The translations under genes were made by a program, and so were the position numbers. A DNA stretch of 64,000 nucleotides from Promethearchaeota archaeon (lineage in GTDB: Archaea > Asgardarchaeota > Lokiarchaeia > Sigyniarchaeales > SOKP01), in NCBI GenBank assembly GCA_019058445.1, contig JAHPZA010000010.1, positions 224,001 to 288,000 on the forward strand. Reading direction: 5' to 3'. The notes under the pieces are model-generated. The model saw only the letters and a program-made list of their open reading frames with translations, was not told the origin of the DNA and ran no database searches. Shown here in pieces: positions 60,096 through 64,000 of this stretch. Position 1 is the stretch's first letter. Each line of letters opens with the position of its first letter.

Positions 60096-61814
60096 TTATT
60101 TGGTATAATTCCCGTATTCTTCGACTGTATTTGGAAGATGGGGGGAAAAATCTTGTAGATTTTCGATTAAATCATCCCATTCTTCTGGATCAACCGCATA
60201 AAAAGTAACTTTACTAGAATAACATACAACATTTCTTGAGATTTTCCAAGATCCCGCCTTAATCCATTCTGAAGGGATTTCATAGCCAAAATAATTGCTT
60301 TCATAAACTATAGCAATTTTGACTCCTTTTTGCTTTGCTAATTTATAGACGGTATCTGTATCTAAATCATCATTAACAATTTCATTTGCTGAGTCAATAT
60401 CACCCAATCCCCATAGATCCACACACTCAATGTCAGAGAGATAATCGATAGCACCAATATCATTTGCAGCAACGCATTCTTCATTATAATATTCACGAAG
60501 AAAAAGACCCATTTGATACTGTTGTTCATAAATATTATTTGTCGCCTGAGGAATATCAGGTATAGTTTCGATTGCTCTATAGCTAAGAGGTGTGAAAAAA
60601 GAAATAAGGATAATAATAATCGTTAATAATCTAAAAAAACCGTATTCAAATGCTTCATTTTTTTTGAAAAGATAGTTTTTAAGTGCTTCAAATGAAAGAA
60701 ATGGGGGAATTTTGTTCGATATTGATGTAAATATTAGAACTATACCAATTGTTAGTAAATATGCGTCGTACCTGGATTCATATATGCCTCTTATACATAC
60801 AGTTGCAAAAAAAAGTTGACAGACTGAAGTAAACATAAAAATTAGAGCAAATATGGCCCGTTCATTCCATATATCTTTTGTCTTAAAGCATTTAGTATAA
60901 AATATGATTAATGCAATTATAAAAAAAATCAGTAGATGTGGAGCATAAAGATACATACCCATAGGATTAAACACTTTTAACTTATTGTCTAAGGAGGAAG
61001 AATTAAAATCTATAAGAGATCCTTTTATCACAACTGGATTTGGAAAAAAATACCATCCATAAGATAATGAAATTATCCCATAGATTATAATAGGAAGGAA
61101 GCCAAATAACGCTATGAGAAAAAAAAACCTATAATGCTTTTTGAGTAAGAAAAGGAAACAAACTATGATGATTAGAAACATCCCTTCAAATCTTATCATT
61201 GTAACTAATGGAGCCAATAATAATAATCGAAATTTATCCTTAGAAGAAAATATTTTATTTTTATTTGTATCAACATTAGAGAGCAATTGTGCTGTAATTA
61301 CTACGAAAATCAAATCTATTACATTCTGCATAGTATGTTCTAAACCAATAAAAACCAATGAGTGCAAAGGAAGAAAAAAAATAATGCACAATATTCCAAC
61401 AAAAGTAGCATAAGGGGGAAGGTGAGTTTTCATCTTTAGAATGTAATAAATCCCATAAATTAACAGATGAGCAAAAATAAGATTAATTATTAGAGGAATT
61501 AGTTCATAAGGGCCGAAAATAAGAAATAATAATGAAATTAACAAAGTATACAAAAGAGAGGATGAAGATGACGAAAATTCTTTTTTATTTACTCCCCATA
61601 CTCCATGTTGTGAAAAATTTTTTGCAATTGCCATATGAATATATGCGTCATCTAAAGAGTATATGAAATGTCCTTTATTTAGATGTAAAGAAAAAAGAAG
61701 TAATATAATCATTATTATCCAGAAAATGGCTAAATTGGAATAAAACTCCCAATTTTTTTTAATGTCCCTTAAACTATAATCCCTTTTAATATAATCTTGA
61801 GTTTGTTTAATCAA
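60096..61814 (-). CDS. GT-C glycosyltransferase, AftB (GT89)-like motif pattern
   Basis: LDDAYIH..AKNF..G..G..EFSSSSSSLLYTLL, GLE, RFEG, YG..FPNP..K and IGAI.Y....VDLWGL motifs. Confidence 0.65.
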   Translation of the reverse strand: MIKQTQDYIKRDYSLRDIKKNWEFYSNLAIFWIIMIILLLFSLHLNKGHFIYSLDDAYIHMAIAKNFSQHGVWGVNKKEFSSSSSSLLYTLLISLLFLIFGPYELIPLIINLIFAHLLIYGIYYILKMKTHLPPYATFVGILCIIFFLPLHSLVFIGLEHTMQNVIDLIFVVITAQLLSNVDTNKNKIFSSKDKFRLLLLAPLVTMIRFEGMFLIIIVCFLFLLKKHYRFFFLIALFGFLPIIIYGIISLSYGWYFFPNPVVIKGSLIDFNSSSLDNKLKVFNPMGMYLYAPHLLIFFIIALIIFYTKCFKTKDIWNERAIFALIFMFTSVCQLFFATVCIRGIYESRYDAYLLTIGIVLIFTSISNKIPPFLSFEALKNYLFKKNEAFEYGFFRLLTIIIILISFFTPLSYRAIETIPDIPQATNNIYEQQYQMGLFLREYYNEECVAANDIGAIDYLSDIECVDLWGLGDIDSANEIVNDDLDTDTVYKLAKQKGVKIAIVYESNYFGYEIPSEWIKAGSWKISRNVVCYSSKVTFYAVDPEEWDDLIENLQDFSPHLPNTVEEYGNYTK

Positions 61815-62097
61815 AAAACTTCACAACTATAGAATTTAAATTTGCGGTATCCTCATACAAAGATTCTTTTGAATTTAAAAGATTATTTATTATTTTATTT
61901 TAAACTATATCTGTTAAAATTAATATTAAATTAAATTTATTTTGTAGATGAGTATCCAGAGGGTTATTTTATAATCTGTAGTAAGAAATAAAGTAAATTT
62001 ATTAAAAATCGATTTATTATAATGTTTGGAATAATTACGTAAAAATCTATATAAAAGTTACTTTAAAATTATTTTAGAAAATATCGAGGAATTTTTA

Positions 62098-63321
62098 GTG
62101 CCACACAAAAAATATACTATGAAAAATGTACCACAGGGTAAAAAAAAGAGAGAATTATTCCAAATCTTATTTTTGGGTTTTATTTCCTTTTCACTAATTT
62201 TCTATTTTTATTATATTAGTGATACTTTGACAGTTCCAACGAACTTACCGAAAGTCTACATTACTTGTAATTCTGATATTAGTAAAAATCGTTATAGAGA
62301 ATGTGTAATTGAAGTAGAATATGATTCTACATTAGCAGATGTTAGACTAAGAGGCAATGCTAAAACAAGATACGATAAGAAAGAATACCGAGTACGACTA
62401 TATCAACCGAAATCGTTTGTAGGAATGCGTCGTGACGATGACTGGCAACTTTTTGCAATGTATGATGACTTTACATATATGAGAACTAAGTTAGCATTCG
62501 ATGTATGGCGTAGTCTGGAGCCTTCAAATCCAACGGCTATTTTACCAGACTCGGAATATGTAAATCTTTATTTAAACAATGAATACAAAGGTCTTTATTT
62601 ATTAGCAGAAAAAAATGATAGGAGATTATTCGGATTGGATCACCCAAGAAATAATACAGATTCGAGTTTAATATTTCAAGCTGAACCCTTTACACTGCTT
62701 AGAGAATATGATAAAGATGTCTGGCAACAAGACCTCCCAGATCCTGAAAATGTCAACATCATAGATGAGATATTAACTAACTTAATTTATTTTATCAATA
62801 ATACATCTAATGAGGATTTTTTTAATCCAGTTTCGGGGATTTATTCAATTTTTTATAAACAAAACTTAATAGATTTTTTTATATTTAATCTTTTCATACT
62901 TCATGGGGATTTTTGGCATCATAATTATTTTATTGTTAGAAATACTAATCCCAGTAAATTCTTTATGATTCCATGGGATTTTGATATAAGTTTTGGTCAA
63001 GCAGCTGAACATATTTATAGCGCTAATGAGAATCCAGAATCAGAAATTAGACGAGTAAATGAATTATTTCGTCGTTTACTAGATTATGAAGAATTTAGGG
63101 CAGATTGTAAAAATCGATGGATAAATCTTAGAAATAATCTTTGGACAAATGGATTTTTTGAAGATCTGATTTTAGATAATTATGAAGAAATAAAAGATAG
63201 TTTACCACTTGATTGGAATATGTGGTATTCTAAAATAGATGATAAAAATTATATAAAAATTCTAATTGAATGGATACCTGAGCGTTTAGAATATTGCGAT
63301 TCTTATTTCTCTCAATTTTAA
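62098..63321 (+). CDS. CotH kinase family protein, N-terminal membrane anchor
   Basis: One TM segment, then LRGN..KKEY, YKGLYLLAE, D.WHHNY and PWDFDISFG. Confidence 0.85.
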   Translation: MPHKKYTMKNVPQGKKKRELFQILFLGFISFSLIFYFYYISDTLTVPTNLPKVYITCNSDISKNRYRECVIEVEYDSTLADVRLRGNAKTRYDKKEYRVRLYQPKSFVGMRRDDDWQLFAMYDDFTYMRTKLAFDVWRSLEPSNPTAILPDSEYVNLYLNNEYKGLYLLAEKNDRRLFGLDHPRNNTDSSLIFQAEPFTLLREYDKDVWQQDLPDPENVNIIDEILTNLIYFINNTSNEDFFNPVSGIYSIFYKQNLIDFFIFNLFILHGDFWHHNYFIVRNTNPSKFFMIPWDFDISFGQAAEHIYSANENPESEIRRVNELFRRLLDYEEFRADCKNRWINLRNNLWTNGFFEDLILDNYEEIKDSLPLDWNMWYSKIDDKNYIKILIEWIPERLEYCDSYFSQF

Positions 63322-63361
63322 ATAAAAGAATTGCATAATTTTAACAGGTATCTCTTGATTT

Positions 63362-64000
63362 TTATATTTCTACGGAACTACTACCCTCAATTACTTTTAC
63401 ATGAGTAATATATTTGAAATTTTGAATTTCTCTTAAAAGTTGAGCCTTAGGAGTGAGTTTATCTTCAAAGATTTCTCTACTTTTTCTAAAACTCGTTAAT
63501 GAGAACAAGGGCGATTTTTGTTTAAAAGTAACGATAAAACTAAGACGATTTGTTTTCTCATCGACAGAATCAACACCTAATAAAGAATAGTATTTCAAAT
63601 AAGAGATAAAGATTGGAGTTAAGATTTTAGCATAATCTTTATCAACAGGGAAGTACATCTCTAAAATATCTTGAGCTAACCCTTTTTGACCAAATTGAGT
63701 ATAGGTCAGGAAATACATTAGACCACAGCCGACAAAGGTACCAATCATTGCTAAAGGATAAAACCTTGTGCCACAAGCCATACCAATGGCCATAACAAAG
63801 AAAATAAACCCTACATCTCTGCTATCTTTTACAGCATTTCTAAACCGAACGATAGAGAGTGCTCCGAGTAAAGTAAATGCACGAGCGATGTTTGTTCCGA
63901 TTATTAACATTACCATTGCAACAATCATTCCAATGAGTACTAAATTCTGCGTAAAAGTTTGAGAATAACTTACTCCTCTATGAGTTCCTCTATAAGTTAT
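63362..64000 (-). CDS. DUF4956 domain membrane protein, 5' truncated by window
   Basis: Frame is open to base 64000 (ITYRGTHRGVSYSQTF...). NIARAFTLLGALSIVRFR..KD.RD..F...AIGMACG motif. Confidence 0.85.
   Translation of the reverse strand: MTYRGTHRGVSYSQTFTQNLVLIGMIVAMVMLIIGTNIARAFTLLGALSIVRFRNAVKDSRDVGFIFFVMAIGMACGTRFYPLAMIGTFVGCGLMYFLTYTQFGQKGLAQDILEMYFPVDKDYAKILTPIFISYLKYYSLLGVDSVDEKTNRLSFIVTFKQKSPLFSLTSFRKSREIFEDKLTPKAQLLREIQNFKYITHVKVIEGSSSVEI

Noticed and set aside
6271-63962. About 28 short (60-114 aa) ORFs in the track, such as 6271, 9129, 11764, 16689, 17289, 17828, 20674, 41207, 48675 and 61141
   Set aside because: They overlap well-supported genes, antisense or out of frame, and show no motifs, so they are treated as shadow ORFs.
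1-64000. Stop-codon recoding (Sec/Pyl or an alternative genetic code)
   Set aside because: Genes appear full length under the standard code, and no conserved domain was seen continuing past a TGA or TAG.

Overview
Very AT-rich window (roughly a quarter GC by eye) that is almost entirely one large surface-glycan biosynthesis and modification island of about 46 genes with frequent strand switches. GGTGA/GGAG-type ribosome-binding sites, short leaders and protein style suggest an archaeon, probably Asgard/Lokiarchaeia. This is an inference, since there is no marker gene in the window. Contents: nine GT4, GT2/GT8/GT9 glycosyltransferases, two flippases, an ABC-2 exporter, GDP-fucose synthase, a WbpE/WbpB/WbpD-like diamino-uronate module, three AsnB-like amidotransferases, four SAM methyltransferases, three radical SAM enzymes, an AAC(3)-family and a DUF1624/HGSNAT-like acyltransferase, a sulfatase-fold protein, a CotH kinase and a DUF4956 gene. 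Main finding: seven GT-C-type membrane proteins, of which three resemble the mycobacterial arabinofuranosyltransferase AftA (GT85) and one resembles AftB (GT89). This points to a lipid-phosphate-sugar-dependent, extracytoplasmic arabinan-like glycosylation system outside Actinobacteria. Also seen: probable non-canonical start codons (ATA twice, CTG once) and a frameshifted GT4 remnant. No rRNA, tRNA, CRISPR array or IS element was recognised. All family calls come from motif recognition by eye, not from database searches.
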